A DNA stretch of 53,467 bases from Candidatus Dormiibacterota bacterium (GCA_036786805.1 DAIQQM010000002.1:1-53467); one strand, 5' to 3'; numbered from the stretch's first letter, positions 1 through 9,905 are shown. Notes: a model not told the origin generated them from the letters alone. Numbers and translations are program-made.

Positions 1-1
1 G

Positions 2-1654
2 ACTTCAGTTCGCTACAAGGGGGTGAAGCTCAACATCGTCGACACCCCGGGCCACGCGGACTTCGGGGGCGAGGTGGAGCGCGTCCTCGGGATGGCCGAC
101 GGGTGCCTGTTGCTCGTGGATGCGGCCGAGGGGCCGATGCCACAGACGCGGGTTGTCCTGCGCCAGGCGCTCGCGCTCGGCCTGCAACCGATCATCGTGG
201 TCAACAAGATCGATCGTGCCAACGCCCAGCCCGCCGAGACGGTTGAGGCAACGCACGACCTGCTGCTCGAGCTCGCCAAGGAGTCGTGGCAGCTGGATGC
301 GCCGGTTCTCTACACGGATGCGCGTGAGGGCACGGCGACCGCCGATCTCACCCGCGCCGGCGTGACGCTCGAGCCACTCCTCGACGCGATTCTCGAAAAC
401 GTGCCGCCGCCCCGCGCGGATCCCGACGGCCCGCTGCAGATGCTGGTGAGCAACCTCGATCACGACAACTGGAGCGGGCGCCTCGCACTCGGGCGCATTC
501 AGCGAGGCACCGTTCACCCGGGACAGTCCGTCGTCTGCTGCACCGCGTCGGGCGCGGGGAAGATCGAGCGCATCGCCACGGTGCTCACCGTCGAGGCGCT
601 CCAGCGCCTCTCCGTGGAGTCGGCGTCCGCCGGCGAGATCGTCTATCTCTCGGGGCTTTCGGCGGTTGCGATCGGCGACACCATCGCCGATGCCGAGCAT
701 CCGGAGGCCCTGCCACGTCTCGAGATCGGCGAGCCGACCCTGCGCATGCAGTTCTCGGTCAATCAATCGCCGCTCGCCGGGCGAGAGTCAACCGTCAGCA
801 GCACGTCGCGACAGCTGCGCGCGCGGCTGGAGCGCGAGTTGCTCACCAACGTCGCGTTGCGAGTGGAAGACGGTCCCACCGCCGACATCTTCGATGTCAG
901 CGGACGCGGGGAGCTGCACCTCGCGATCCTCATCGAGACGATGCGGCGCGAGGGCTATGAATTCGAGGTCTCGCGCCCCGCGGTCATCACCAAGGAGATC
1001 GACGGCGAGCGCGTGGAACCGGTGGAGGACTGCGTCATCGACTGCTCGGCCGATGTGGTCGGCGCCATCACCGACGCGCTCGGATCCCGCGGCGCGAAGA
1101 TGACCGCGATGCGCACCGACGCGGGGGGCGGCGTGCGCCTCACATACCACGCGCCGACCCGCGCCCTGATCGGATTGCGAAGCCAGATCCTGACCCTGAC
1201 CCGGGGCACCGGCGTGATGGCGACGAGGCTGCTGGGCTGGGAGCGCACCTGGGCACTGCCGACAACGACGCGCGGCGGTGTCCTCACCGCAAGCCAGCCG
1301 GGCACCGCCGTCGCCTACGGCCTGGTGACGCTGCAGGAGCGTGGTCAGCCGCTCATCCCGCCGGGAACGCCCGTCTATGAAGGCATGATCGTCGGGCTCA
1401 ACCGCCGCCCCGGGGACATCCACCTCAACGTGACCAAGCAGAAGCAGAAGACCAATATCCGCTCCTCCACCGAGGACATGACCATCCGCCTGGTCCCGCC
1501 CCGCAAGATGTCGCTCGAGGAGTGCCTCGACTTCATCATCGACGACGAGCTGGTCGAGGTCACCCCGGCGGGCATCCGTATGCGCAAGCGCGTGCTCAAC
1601 GCAGACGAGCGCAACAAGCTGCGCAAGCGCTCGATGGCTGCCGAAGCCGGTTAG
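2..1654 (+). CDS. typA: Translational GTPase TypA/BipA (5' partial, runs off window start)
   Basis: The frame is open from nt 2 with no start codon in the window. The translation carries G-domain motifs ([25 protein letters not shown]) and reads BipA-like over its full length. Stop TAG is at 1652-1654. Confidence 0.9.
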   Translation, partial: TSVRYKGVKLNIVDTPGHADFGGEVERVLGMADGCLLLVDAAEGPMPQTRVVLRQALALGLQPIIVVNKIDRANAQPAETVEATHDLLLELAKESWQLDAPVLYTDAREGTATADLTRAGVTLEPLLDAILENVPPPRADPDGPLQMLVSNLDHDNWSGRLALGRIQRGTVHPGQSVVCCTASGAGKIERIATVLTVEALQRLSVESASAGEIVYLSGLSAVAIGDTIADAEHPEALPRLEIGEPTLRMQFSVNQSPLAGRESTVSSTSRQLRARLERELLTNVALRVEDGPTADIFDVSGRGELHLAILIETMRREGYEFEVSRPAVITKEIDGERVEPVEDCVIDCSADVVGAITDALGSRGAKMTAMRTDAGGGVRLTYHAPTRALIGLRSQILTLTRGTGVMATRLLGWERTWALPTTTRGGVLTASQPGTAVAYGLVTLQERGQPLIPPGTPVYEGMIVGLNRRPGDIHLNVTKQKQKTNIRSSTEDMTIRLVPPRKMSLEECLDFIIDDELVEVTPAGIRMRKRVLNADERNKLRKRSMAAEAG

Positions 1655-1676
1655 GCTCCGCGAGCCCGAACGGGCG

Positions 1677-1802
1677 TCAGCTCGGGTTCGGCGACTGTGC
1701 GGCGGTCTGCGCGGCGGCCTTCTTCGCCGCCTTGGCGATGGCGGCAGCTTTGGGCTTCTTGCCCTGACGCTTGGGGGCTCCCCGAGACTTCTCTCCGGCC
1801 AC
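1677..1802 (-). CDS. Unannotated small ORF: 41-aa Lys/Ala-rich basic protein (VAGEKSRGAPKRQGKKPKAAAIAKAAKKAAAQTAAQSPNPS)
   Basis: It is below the 60-aa cutoff of the ORF track. GTG start at 1800-1802 is preceded by GAGGAG 8 nt upstream; stop TGA is at 1677-1679. An AT-rich TTGTATTAAT box lies upstream at about 1835-1845, and codon third positions are GC-rich. Confidence 0.35.
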   Translation of the reverse strand: MAGEKSRGAPKRQGKKPKAAAIAKAAKKAAAQTAAQSPNPS

Positions 1803-1873
1803 GGCCTCTTCTCCTCAACGATGTCTGTCGGTTGCTGCTGAGATTAATACAAGTCCCTGCCGATGGTTCCAGG

Positions 1874-2881
1874 TCAGGAGAAGAGGGAGCTGTAGCCGTT
1901 GAGCGCGGGCTGCCCGCCGAGATGCGCGTAGAGCACCTTGGAGCCGGCGTCGATGTCCCTGCTCGTGATCATTTCGATCATGCCCGCAAGTGACTTCCCC
2001 TCGTACACCGGGTCCGTGATCATTCCCTCGAGGCGCGCGCCCAGCCTGATCGCCTCGACGGTCCGCTCGTCCGCGATCCCGTAGGTGCCGGCGTGGTAGC
2101 GAGCATCGAGCACGATCTCGTCGCTGCGCAGGTCACGACCGATCTCGATCAGCGCAGCCGTCTGCCTTGCGATCCGGATGACCTGGTCGAGGGTTTCATC
2201 AGGCTTTGCCGACGCATCGATGCCGATGACGCGGCGATGCCGTTCCTGAGCTGCGAAGCCGGCGATCATCCCGGCCTGCGTGCTCCCCGTCACCGAGCAC
2301 ACGATGACGGTGTCGAAGAAGACACCGAGAGCTCGCTCCTGCTCCTGCACCTCCTGCGCCCATCGGGCGAAGCCGAGACCTCCGAGTGGGTGATCCGATG
2401 CGCCGGCTGGAATCGGGTACGGCTTGCCGCCGCCGGCGGCGACGTCCGCGAGCGCCTGCTCCCAGCTCGCCTTGAAGCCGATGCCGAAACCCTCCTTGAC
2501 CATTCTGATATCGGCGCCGAGGATGCGGCTCAGCAGGATATTGCCAACCTTGTCATAGACTGGATCGCTCCAGTCGACCCAGCTCTCCTGGACGAGGACG
2601 CAGCGCATGCCCATGCGTGCGGCCACCGCGGCGACCTGTCGCGTGTGGTTGGATTGGACCCCGCCGATCGACACGAGCGTGTCGCAGCCCTGCGCCACGG
2701 CGTCGGCGACCAGGTACTCCAGCTTCCTGGTCTTGTTGCCTCCGAACGCCAGTCCGCTGTTGCAATCCTCGCGCTTCGCCCACACCTCGGCACCGCCGAG
2801 CGACTTCGTGAGCCGCTCCAGGGGATGCACCGGGGAGGGACCGAAGAGCAGCGGCTGGCGGGCGAATGCGGCGAGCTTCAT
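1874..2881 (-). CDS. acdS: 1-aminocyclopropane-1-carboxylate (ACC) deaminase
   Basis: The internal ATG at 2879-2881 has AGGAGG upstream; the 441-aa track ORF is an over-extension. Motifs [12 protein letters not shown] (PLP lysine), DPVYEGKS and [13 protein letters not shown] carry the Glu/Leu pair that separates true AcdS from D-cysteine desulfhydrase. Confidence 0.85.
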   Translation of the reverse strand: MKLAAFARQPLLFGPSPVHPLERLTKSLGGAEVWAKREDCNSGLAFGGNKTRKLEYLVADAVAQGCDTLVSIGGVQSNHTRQVAAVAARMGMRCVLVQESWVDWSDPVYDKVGNILLSRILGADIRMVKEGFGIGFKASWEQALADVAAGGGKPYPIPAGASDHPLGGLGFARWAQEVQEQERALGVFFDTVIVCSVTGSTQAGMIAGFAAQERHRRVIGIDASAKPDETLDQVIRIARQTAALIEIGRDLRSDEIVLDARYHAGTYGIADERTVEAIRLGARLEGMITDPVYEGKSLAGMIEMITSRDIDAGSKVLYAHLGGQPALNGYSSLFS

Positions 2882-2954
2882 GAGCCTCCTTGAGAGCCGG
2901 TCGGCGGCGAGTGTATCGCCTGGCCGGCACTCGCTTGATGGCACGATTCCCCGG

Positions 2955-3533
2955 GTGAGCTCACCGTCCGACGCCACGCCCATCCTCGGACAGGGCGATC
3001 GAGTGTGGCTGCGCAAGCTGCGCTCCGAGGACGAGGACGCGTTTCTCAGGATGGTCGCCGCGAGCCGTTCGCTGCACCACCCGTGGACGCGCCCGCCGGG
3101 CGACGCTGAGGGCTTTCGCGCACTGGTCGCGCGCGGCGGCGGCGGCGACCTGGTCTCACTCGCCGGCTGGCGAGCCGCCGACAACACGCTGGTCGCCATC
3201 GTGAACCTCGGCCAGATCGTTCGTGGCCTCTTCCAGAGCTGTTACTGCGGCTTTTACGCCAACGCCACCACCGCCGGCCGGGGATTCACGCGCGAGACCC
3301 TCCAGCTCGCGCTGCACCACGCGTTCAGCGTCCTGGGCCTCCATCGCGTGGAGGCGAATGTGCAGCCCGGCAACGCGGCGTCACTCGCCCTGGTGCGCCG
3401 TGTCGGGTTCCGCCGTGAGGGGTTTTCGCCCCGCTACCTCCACATCGACGGAGCCTGGCGTGACCACGAGCGGTTTGCGATCACCGTTGAGGACTGGCTG
3501 CAGATGCAGTCAGCGCCTTCCGACACGACGTGA
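2955..3533 (+). CDS. GNAT family N-acetyltransferase (RimJ/RimL-like)
   Basis: The C-terminal ~190 aa of the 308-aa ORF read as GNAT ([28 protein letters not shown]). The upstream part overlaps acdS on the opposite strand. Start is uncertain: GTG at 2955 or GTG at 3003. Confidence 0.7.
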   Translation: MSSPSDATPILGQGDRVWLRKLRSEDEDAFLRMVAASRSLHHPWTRPPGDAEGFRALVARGGGGDLVSLAGWRAADNTLVAIVNLGQIVRGLFQSCYCGFYANATTAGRGFTRETLQLALHHAFSVLGLHRVEANVQPGNAASLALVRRVGFRREGFSPRYLHIDGAWRDHERFAITVEDWLQMQSAPSDTT

Positions 3534-3536
3534 GCA

Positions 3537-4061
3537 TCACGCAACGGCGACTCGACCGCGTGCCCGGGCCGGCGTCCGCATCTGCGTCAACGAGACCCCG
3601 ATGCCGTAGGTGAGGAACTCGCCGATCGGCGCGAGCTCGACCAGTGCAGCCGATTCGCGCCGATCGGGCGGCAGGAGCGACCCCAGGCGCGCGAGCACCG
3701 GGATCACCTCGGGCGCGCCGGCCGGATGCACCACCGCCTTGGCGTGAAAGCTGATCGTCGCCGGTGGGATGGGGATGAGCAGCGTGAGCAGGCCGCCCTT
3801 ACGCACCGGCACCGTCACCGACACCCGCCCGCTCGCCGCGATGTGCCGAGCCTTCCAGCTGTCCGGCGCCACCGCCGCATAGAGGCGATGGTCGAGCGCC
3901 TTGAAGACGACGCCACTCGACCTCGGCTCTCCCTCCGGCGTCGTGTAGCCGAGCACCGCAAACGAGGCCCGCTCGAGCTCGTGCCAGACCAGCTCTGGAG
4001 ACAGGTTCGGGTTCGCCCCTCCCATCTCGTGCTTCTCGATATCGCTCACCAAGGTCGTCAT
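3537..4061 (-). CDS. Pyridoxamine 5'-phosphate oxidase (PPOX)-family / FMN-binding split-barrel protein
   Basis: ATG at 4059-4061 has AGGAGG 7 nt upstream. The sequence (ELVWHELERASFAVLGYTTPEGEPRSSGVVF...) is typical of the PPOX-like family. Confidence 0.6.
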   Translation of the reverse strand: MTTLVSDIEKHEMGGANPNLSPELVWHELERASFAVLGYTTPEGEPRSSGVVFKALDHRLYAAVAPDSWKARHIAASGRVSVTVPVRKGGLLTLLIPIPPATISFHAKAVVHPAGAPEVIPVLARLGSLLPPDRRESAALVELAPIGEFLTYGIGVSLTQMRTPARARGRVAVA

Positions 4062-4166
4062 GTTCGACCTCCTGAATCCGCGTCTTTCCCGCGGCAAGCG
4101 TCCCTCCTCGCGATCTGTTGCGGTAGGGCCACAAGTCACGGGGCACGGGGTCTCAAGTCGGGCGTC

Positions 4167-4194
4167 TTGACACACCTACACAAATCCGTATAGT
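4167..4194 (+). promoter_or_regulatory. Near-consensus sigma70-type promoter (TTGACA-16 nt-TATAGT)
   Basis: TTGACA at 4167-4172 and TATAGT at 4189-4194, read directly from the sequence. It lies ~85 nt upstream of the GTG at 4279. Such a clean AT-rich hexamer pair is conspicuous in this GC-rich DNA. Confidence 0.45.
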
Positions 4195-4278
4195 CTGTCC
4201 GATGTCCAGGGGCTCACCCGGGACCGGCCGGAGGGGCGACCGACGACCCGAAAACGCGTGCATCGGAGGTCGCCCATC

Positions 4279-4518
4279 GTGGATCAACTCAAGGCGCTCA
4301 TCGACAACTGGATCCTCATCGCGCAGGGCCTGCTCGCGAGCGTCGGCGCGCTCGCGTTCCTGATCGCGTTCATGTACAAGATCGTGGCCGTCGACCCGTC
4401 GAGCGTGGCCCAGGCGAAGAAGTGGATCGGCCGTATCGTCTTCGGCACGATCGGTGTGGAGGTCGCGGGCACGCTCACGCATGCGCTGATCGCCAGCGTC
4501 CCGGCAACGATTCACTGA
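4279..4518 (+). CDS. Small two-TM membrane protein, TrbC/VirB2 pilin-like
   Basis: GTG at 4279 has GGAGG at 4265-4269. The 79-aa product has two hydrophobic helices (ILIAQGLLASVGALAFLIAFMY and IGRIVFGTIGVEVAGTLTHALI) separated by a charged loop. It is the first gene of a tightly packed three-gene operon. The family call is by architecture only. Confidence 0.5.
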   Translation: MDQLKALIDNWILIAQGLLASVGALAFLIAFMYKIVAVDPSSVAQAKKWIGRIVFGTIGVEVAGTLTHALIASVPATIH

Positions 4519-4527
4519 GCCGGGCTA

Positions 4528-5469
4528 ATGCAGACCATCCCGGCAATCGTGCAGGGGATCCGCGATCCCCTCGGCACGATCCTCCAGTTGCTGACCGGCG
4601 TGCTGTCGCATTTCATCGCGACAGCTCGCGCAGATCTCGACTCTGAGCTGAGCCGCTATCTGTTCACCACCGTCGATCCGACGGCATCTGGCATTCGCCC
4701 GCTCACGGCGAATCCGGCGATCGCGCGCCTGAACGGCTCGCTGGCGCTGGTCGCGGACATCCTCGTCGGCGCCGTCGTGCTCTATGCATCACTCCGCAGC
4801 ATCTTCGAGCACTCGACGCACGCGCGCTACGCGCTGCATCTCGTGATCCCGCGGGTCATGGCCGCGCTCGTCATGGTGCACGGATCGATCTACTTCGTCC
4901 AGATGGCCGTCGACCTCAACAACGCGATCGGCGGCGTCGCGCAGTCGCTCGGTGGCCCCTTGACGGTCAGCACATTGCCCTGGTCCGGCTCGATGAGCGC
5001 CGCGACCGTCTCCATCATCCAGGGCTCGCAGGATCTCTTCCATGCGGTGTTCGCGCTCGGCGTGGTGGTGGCGGTCGTGATCCTCGTGCTCTCGTATGTG
5101 GTCCGCACCGCGCTGCTCGACATCCTCGTCGTCCTCGCTCCCCTCGCCGCGCTGTGCTCGGTGCTTCCGGACACACGCCGCTACGCGTCCACATGGCTCC
5201 GGCTCTTCATGGTCGCCGTGTTCATGCAGGCCGTGCAGCTGATCATCCTGCGCGTCGCGACCGCGGTCGGATTCGGGGCGGGGAGCGGCATCGCGGAGAG
5301 CCTGTTCGCGCTCGCGATATTGTGGATCGTCCTCAAGGTTCCGGGGACCCTGCATGCGGCGACCCATGTCGAGACCAACGCCCACAGCGCGATGCGGCAC
5401 GCCCGCCGGTCGATGCACAAGGCGCTGATGCCGGCACACCACGTGGTGCGCCACCGGACCGGGCCGTGA
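4528..5469 (+). CDS. Polytopic membrane protein, TrbL/VirB6-like
   Basis: It starts 9 nt after the previous stop. It has about 6 TM segments, and the motif region LLDILVVLAPLAALCSVLPDTRRYASTWLRLF resembles actinobacterial TrbL/VirB6 proteins. Its stop overlaps the next start (GTGA at 5466-5469). Confidence 0.5.
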   Translation: MQTIPAIVQGIRDPLGTILQLLTGVLSHFIATARADLDSELSRYLFTTVDPTASGIRPLTANPAIARLNGSLALVADILVGAVVLYASLRSIFEHSTHARYALHLVIPRVMAALVMVHGSIYFVQMAVDLNNAIGGVAQSLGGPLTVSTLPWSGSMSAATVSIIQGSQDLFHAVFALGVVVAVVILVLSYVVRTALLDILVVLAPLAALCSVLPDTRRYASTWLRLFMVAVFMQAVQLIILRVATAVGFGAGSGIAESLFALAILWIVLKVPGTLHAATHVETNAHSAMRHARRSMHKALMPAHHVVRHRTGP

Positions 5470-5972
5470 TTCGTCTGCTCACGGCCTTCATGGCGCTGAT
5501 CACGCTGGGGCTGTGCGGCGGCACGGCGGTCGCGAGCGGTGCGGTGGTTTCGACCACCGGCATCGCGTTCGTGAAGCCGCTGGCGCACGCGTGGATCTCG
5601 CAGGGGTTCGGATGCACGAGCTTCACATTCGAACCGGTGGATCGTGCCTGCCCAGGCGGGCACTGGCATTCGGGGATCGACCTGGCGGCGGCGCGCGGCA
5701 CGCCCGTGATGGCAACGCTGCCCGGCACAGTGACCGTGATCGTGTCGGCGTCGGGCTATGGCCTGCACGTGGTCATCGACCACGGCGGCGGCCTGAGCAG
5801 CCTCTACGGCCACCTCGACACCGTGCTCGTCGACAACGGCGAGGAGGTTGCGGCGGGCGAGGTGATCGGCACCGTGGGATCGAGCGGCAACGCGACCGGA
5901 CCTCACCTGCATTTCGAGATCCGGCGCGATGGAATCGCCGAGGATCCGCGCCTGGATCTCGCGCTCCCGTGA
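5466..5972 (+). CDS. Secreted M23 family metallopeptidase (peptidoglycan hydrolase)
   Basis: GTG at 5466 overlaps the upstream stop. It has an N-terminal signal-like segment (LLTAFMALITLGLCGG). M23 motifs are present: HWHSGIDLAA, GTVGSSGNATGPHLHFEIR. Confidence 0.85.
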   Translation: MIRLLTAFMALITLGLCGGTAVASGAVVSTTGIAFVKPLAHAWISQGFGCTSFTFEPVDRACPGGHWHSGIDLAAARGTPVMATLPGTVTVIVSASGYGLHVVIDHGGGLSSLYGHLDTVLVDNGEEVAAGEVIGTVGSSGNATGPHLHFEIRRDGIAEDPRLDLALP

Positions 5973-5977
5973 CTTCC

Positions 5978-6604
5978 CTAGCCGGTGGATACCCCCGTCG
6001 CGCTTCGCGTCTCTGCGGCGATACGTCGCGCCTGCTTCCAGACGACCCAGATCCGCTGCATGGCGGTGACGTTGGTGAGGATGGCCAGAATCCAGAGCGC
6101 CCAGATCAGCAGTGGCGCGATGACGAGGCCGATCACCGTGATCACGACGCGCTCCGGCCGGGCAAGCAGGCCGCCGTCGCCGTTGAAACCGAGCGACTGC
6201 GCGCGGGCCCGCACGTAGGAGACCAGGAGCGATCCCGTCAATGCGAACACCACGAGCATGGGCTCGAGGGTGTGATGGCCGTGGAAGATGAAGTAGTAGA
6301 GGAGCGCGATCGACGTCATCGCCTCCGCGTAGCGGTCCACGGTCGAGTCGAGAAACGCCCCGTACTTCTGCTCGCGCCCACTGACGCGCGCGAGTGCGCC
6401 GTCCAGGATGTCGAACCCGCTGGCGATCAGGAGGAGCACGCCTCCGGGCAGGAGGAAACCCAGGGCGATCAGGACGGCGGAGCCCGCACAGATGCAGAGC
6501 CCGAGCATGGTCAGGACGTTCGGCGTCAGGTGCAGTGCATGGAGAGCAGGAACGACGCGCCGCGCGCCGGACCTAACCCAGTCCTGGAGCCTGGACGTGA
6601 ACAC
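5978..6604 (-). CDS. pgsA: CDP-alcohol phosphatidyltransferase (phosphatidylinositol phosphate synthase-like)
   Basis: It carries the D-x2-DG-x2-AR...G-x3-D-x3-D signature (GFDILDGALARVSGREQKYGAFLDSTVDRYAE) and is multi-TM. Start is uncertain: GTG 6604, ATG 6667 or ATG 6673. Confidence 0.8.
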   Translation of the reverse strand: MFTSRLQDWVRSGARRVVPALHALHLTPNVLTMLGLCICAGSAVLIALGFLLPGGVLLLIASGFDILDGALARVSGREQKYGAFLDSTVDRYAEAMTSIALLYYFIFHGHHTLEPMLVVFALTGSLLVSYVRARAQSLGFNGDGGLLARPERVVITVIGLVIAPLLIWALWILAILTNVTAMQRIWVVWKQARRIAAETRSATGVSTG

Positions 6605-7742
6605 CGGAGGCCACCGTGATCGCGCCGGCACGCTCTCGTGCCACGCGATACACGTCAAGAATCTCATCGACAATATGTTCCCAGTCGTACAGCTGCGCTT
6701 TGGCGAGTCCCCGCTCGCTCATCCCCTGCCGTCGCGAGGGATCGTCGAGCAGCGCGCCGAGCGCCGCCGCCCACTCCTTCGGATGGCGGGGCGGAACGAG
6801 CACGCCGTCGACGCCGTCCACGATCACGCTGCTGAAGCCGGGGATCGACGATGCGATCACCGGCACACCACTCGCCATCGCCTCGAGCAGCACGATGCCG
6901 AAGCTCTCGCCCCCGGTCGCCGGAGCGCAGAAGATGTCTGCGGAAGCGTAGTACCGCGGCAGCAGCTCGGACGACACCCGGCCGCCGAATTCGACGTCCG
7001 GGATGCCCATCGCGGCGACCTGGCTCTCGTATCCCCAGCGCATCGGACCGTCGCCCACCACGATCAGGCGCGCGTCGTCACGAGTGCGACGGAGCTGGCC
7101 GTACGCCTCGACCAACGTCGGAAGACCCTTGCGCGACTCGAGGCGCCCGACAAAGAGAATCGTCGCCTTGCCGGATGTGCGCAGCTCGTCGAGCTTCGGA
7201 TGGTGGGGATTGAACCGCGAGCAGTCGATCCCGTTCGGGACCACCCGGTAGTCCCCTTCGAAATACCTTGCGATGAAGTCCCGTGCGGGGATGCTCACCG
7301 CGACGTGCACGTGGAGGCGGTTGAAGTAGCGCTTGAGAAAGGGGCGGCCGTAGTAGTAGCCGAGATTCCGCCGTGCCATGGCGTGAAACGTGCCGACGTT
7401 CGCACCGCTGTGGAAGCGCAGCACGGTGATCGGCAGCGATGGCACGAGCGGCTCGTGGTAGTGGACGACGTCGAAGTGGTTCTCGTCGAGCAACGCCCGC
7501 ACCCGCCGCACGAGGTGGAAGGACAGCGCGATGCGCGCCACGGAGCCATTGGCGCGCACCGGGACGCTGCGGCCGATGCGCACGTACCCGGGGATGCCGT
7601 GATCGTCCCCGACGCGACTCGACGGCGCGAGCACGGTCACGTCGTGGCCCCGGGCCCGCAGCTTCGCGGAGAGATGTCGGACATGCTCGGTCACGCCCCC
7701 GGGATGCATGAAGTCGTACGGGGAGACGAGGCAGATCTTCAT
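6573..7742 (-). CDS. pimA: GT4 glycosyltransferase, phosphatidylinositol alpha-mannosyltransferase-like
   Basis: It starts MKICLVSPYDFMHPGGVTEHV and has the E-x7-E region GGESFGIVLLEAMASGVPVIAS. ATG at 7740-7742 overlaps the patA stop (ATGA). Context between patA and pgsA supports the call. Confidence 0.8.
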   Translation of the reverse strand: MKICLVSPYDFMHPGGVTEHVRHLSAKLRARGHDVTVLAPSSRVGDDHGIPGYVRIGRSVPVRANGSVARIALSFHLVRRVRALLDENHFDVVHYHEPLVPSLPITVLRFHSGANVGTFHAMARRNLGYYYGRPFLKRYFNRLHVHVAVSIPARDFIARYFEGDYRVVPNGIDCSRFNPHHPKLDELRTSGKATILFVGRLESRKGLPTLVEAYGQLRRTRDDARLIVVGDGPMRWGYESQVAAMGIPDVEFGGRVSSELLPRYYASADIFCAPATGGESFGIVLLEAMASGVPVIASSIPGFSSVIVDGVDGVLVPPRHPKEWAAALGALLDDPSRRQGMSERGLAKAQLYDWEHIVDEILDVYRVARERAGAITVASGVHVQAPGLG

Positions 7743-8653
7743 CGCGTACCGGGCGCCGTCCAGATGGGGTCGAGGACGTGCCACTGCTCGGGGTGCTCGC
7801 GGATCGCCGCTTCGAAGATGCGGAGCAACATCTGCGCAGTCTTGCGCACCTCGGCATCCCTGGGCGCATCGGTGGCATATCGGATCTCCGGATGGACCAC
7901 CGCGTAGACCCGGTATCGGTTGCGGAAGAGCACGATCGGGACGATCGCGGCACCTGCCCGGATGGCGATCTCGACGGACCCGATCGGGATGGGCGCCGGC
8001 TTGCCGAAGAACTCGAGCGGCTCACCGTTGCCGATGAGGTCACGGTCCAGCGCCATGGCCACAACACCACCGGAGCGGAGCACCTTGTAGACCTCGCGCA
8101 TCGACGCGGCCCCGAGCCGTCTGGCCACCTGGGGGTCACCCTCGCGCATCGCCTGCGTGTCGATGGGGATGATGTGAACGCCCTGCGCACGCCGCGCTCC
8201 GACCACGCGGTCGAAGAGCTGTCGCGGCCGGAGCACCTCGGCGAGCAGCGCCATCCTGCCGCCCATCTTGTTCCAGCCGGCCAGGCCGACCTCCCAGGAC
8301 CCGAAGTGCATCGAGGCGACGACCACTCCGTTGCCCCGCGCGATCGCCTCCTCGAAGTGGTACAGGTCCTTGATGTCGATGCGTGCCGGCAGGTCGGTCC
8401 TGCGCGACGACATCTCCATGACGTCCACCCAGCAATGGGTGAGGTTGCGGAGGTTGCGACGGACCAGGTGGTTGAGCGGCCGCTCGCCGATGGTGGGAAT
8501 GACGTGGCGGAGGTTGTCGCGCAGGCCGTCGAAGCGCTTCGGCACCGTGGCCAGCAGCGCATCCGCAGCGCGGTCGCCGAGCCAGTACGAGACGGATTGC
8601 GGCAGCGCGTTGACCAGGGCCTCCGCCCCGCGGTAGGCGTAGTACGGCAACAT
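7739..8653 (-). CDS. patA: LPLAT/HtrB-family acyltransferase, PIM acyltransferase-like
   Basis: It carries the H-x-G-x-W-E motif (MHFGSWEVG) and starts MLPYYAYRGAE at ATG 8653; an upstream GTG at 8698 is an alternative. It lies adjacent to pimA. Confidence 0.75.
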   Translation of the reverse strand: MLPYYAYRGAEALVNALPQSVSYWLGDRAADALLATVPKRFDGLRDNLRHVIPTIGERPLNHLVRRNLRNLTHCWVDVMEMSSRRTDLPARIDIKDLYHFEEAIARGNGVVVASMHFGSWEVGLAGWNKMGGRMALLAEVLRPRQLFDRVVGARRAQGVHIIPIDTQAMREGDPQVARRLGAASMREVYKVLRSGGVVAMALDRDLIGNGEPLEFFGKPAPIPIGSVEIAIRAGAAIVPIVLFRNRYRVYAVVHPEIRYATDAPRDAEVRKTAQMLLRIFEAAIREHPEQWHVLDPIWTAPGTR

Positions 8654-8744
8654 CGGGTCGCGCGCCACCCGCTGGTGCGCGCGTGCCCCGACCGCCACCT
8701 CGCCGGCCTGCGTCAACGCTGTCGGCTCCCGATCGCTCGGCGGG

Positions 8745-9905
8745 CTAATTCGTCGCGGTTGTGGCGGGTTCCGCCTCCGCGGCATCGGGCAGCACCTCGG
8801 GGGCACGGCCGTTGTGCCGTGCTCCGTTGACCTCGACGCCGGCGATGAACTCCTCGGTTGCACGATGCGCGTCGTCGTCGCTGACCTGGCGGGGCGGTGA
8901 CTTCATGAAGTACGACGCCGGGCCTTCGAGCGTGCCGCTGAGGCCGCGATCGAGTCCGAGCTTGCAGCAGCGCACCGCGTCGATGACGATGCCGGCGCTG
9001 TTCGGCGAGTCGTGCACCTCGAGCTTCAGCTCGACGTTGAGCGGCACGTCGCCGAAGGACTTGCCCTCGAGCCGGATGAACGCCCACTTGCGGTCGTGGA
9101 GCCAGGGCACGTAGTCCGACGGTCCGATGTGGATGTGATCCTTCTCCATCGGTGTCGCCAGCTGTGACTGCACGCTGTTGGTCTTGCTGATCTTCTTGCT
9201 CATGAGGCGCTCGCGCTCGAGCATGTTGAGGAAGTCGGTGTTGCCACCGAAGTTGAGCTGATAAGTGTTCTCGAGCTCGACGCCGCGCTCACGGAACAGG
9301 TGCGTCAGCACGCGGTGGACGATCGTCGCACCGACCTGCGACTTGATGTCGTCACCGATGATCGGGACGCCGGCCTTGCGGAAGCGTGCCTGCCAGTAGT
9401 CCTCGCGGGCGATGAACACGGGCATGCAGTTCACCATCGCGCAGGGCGCTTCGAGGATCTGCTCGGTGTACCAGCGGGTTGCGGCCTCGCTGCCGACCGG
9501 CAGGTAGTTGACCACGACGTCGGTGCCGGTGTCCTTGAGAACCTGGGCGATATCGACGGTGGAGCCGGGCGCCTTGGTGATGACCTCGGACAGGTACTTG
9601 CCCAGCCCGTCGTGGGTCATGCCCCGCAGGACGGGGACGTTCAGCTTGGGGACGTCGCTGAACTTCACAGTGTTGTTCAGCCCGCTGAAGATCGCTTCGG
9701 AGACGTCCTTGCCGACCTTGAGGATGTCGATGTCGAAGGCGGCTGAGATCTCGATGTCCGAGATGTGGTATCCGCCGAGGTTCACGTGCATGAGACCGGG
9801 CACGGTGTCGTTCGGATCCGCGTTCTTGTAGTACTCGAGTCCCTGGACGAACGACGAGGCGCAGTTCCCCACGCCGATGATCGCGACTCTGACTTTCTTG
9901 CTCAC
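8745..9905 (-). CDS. ino1: myo-inositol-1-phosphate synthase
   Basis: It starts [27 protein letters not shown] and reads Ino1-like over its full length. GTG at 9903-9905 overlaps the stop of the upstream ArsR gene (GTGA). Confidence 0.9.
   Translation of the reverse strand: MSKKVRVAIIGVGNCASSFVQGLEYYKNADPNDTVPGLMHVNLGGYHISDIEISAAFDIDILKVGKDVSEAIFSGLNNTVKFSDVPKLNVPVLRGMTHDGLGKYLSEVITKAPGSTVDIAQVLKDTGTDVVVNYLPVGSEAATRWYTEQILEAPCAMVNCMPVFIAREDYWQARFRKAGVPIIGDDIKSQVGATIVHRVLTHLFRERGVELENTYQLNFGGNTDFLNMLERERLMSKKISKTNSVQSQLATPMEKDHIHIGPSDYVPWLHDRKWAFIRLEGKSFGDVPLNVELKLEVHDSPNSAGIVIDAVRCCKLGLDRGLSGTLEGPASYFMKSPPRQVSDDDAHRATEEFIAGVEVNGARHNGRAPEVLPDAAEAEPATTATN

Noticed and set aside
2882-3199. N-terminal 106-aa extension of the acdS ORF (441-aa version)
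   Set aside because: AcdS homology begins at MKLAAF (ATG 2881), which has a perfect AGGAGG RBS. The extension overlaps the GNAT gene region and is Ser/Arg/Pro filler.
6408-8562. Long ORFs 6408..7907(+) 499 aa and 7078..8562(-) 494 aa overlapping pimA/patA
   Set aside because: Their translations are Arg/Pro/Ala-rich with no domain signatures. They lie antisense to or out of frame with genes that have clear family motifs. This is the typical open-frame artefact of very GC-rich DNA.
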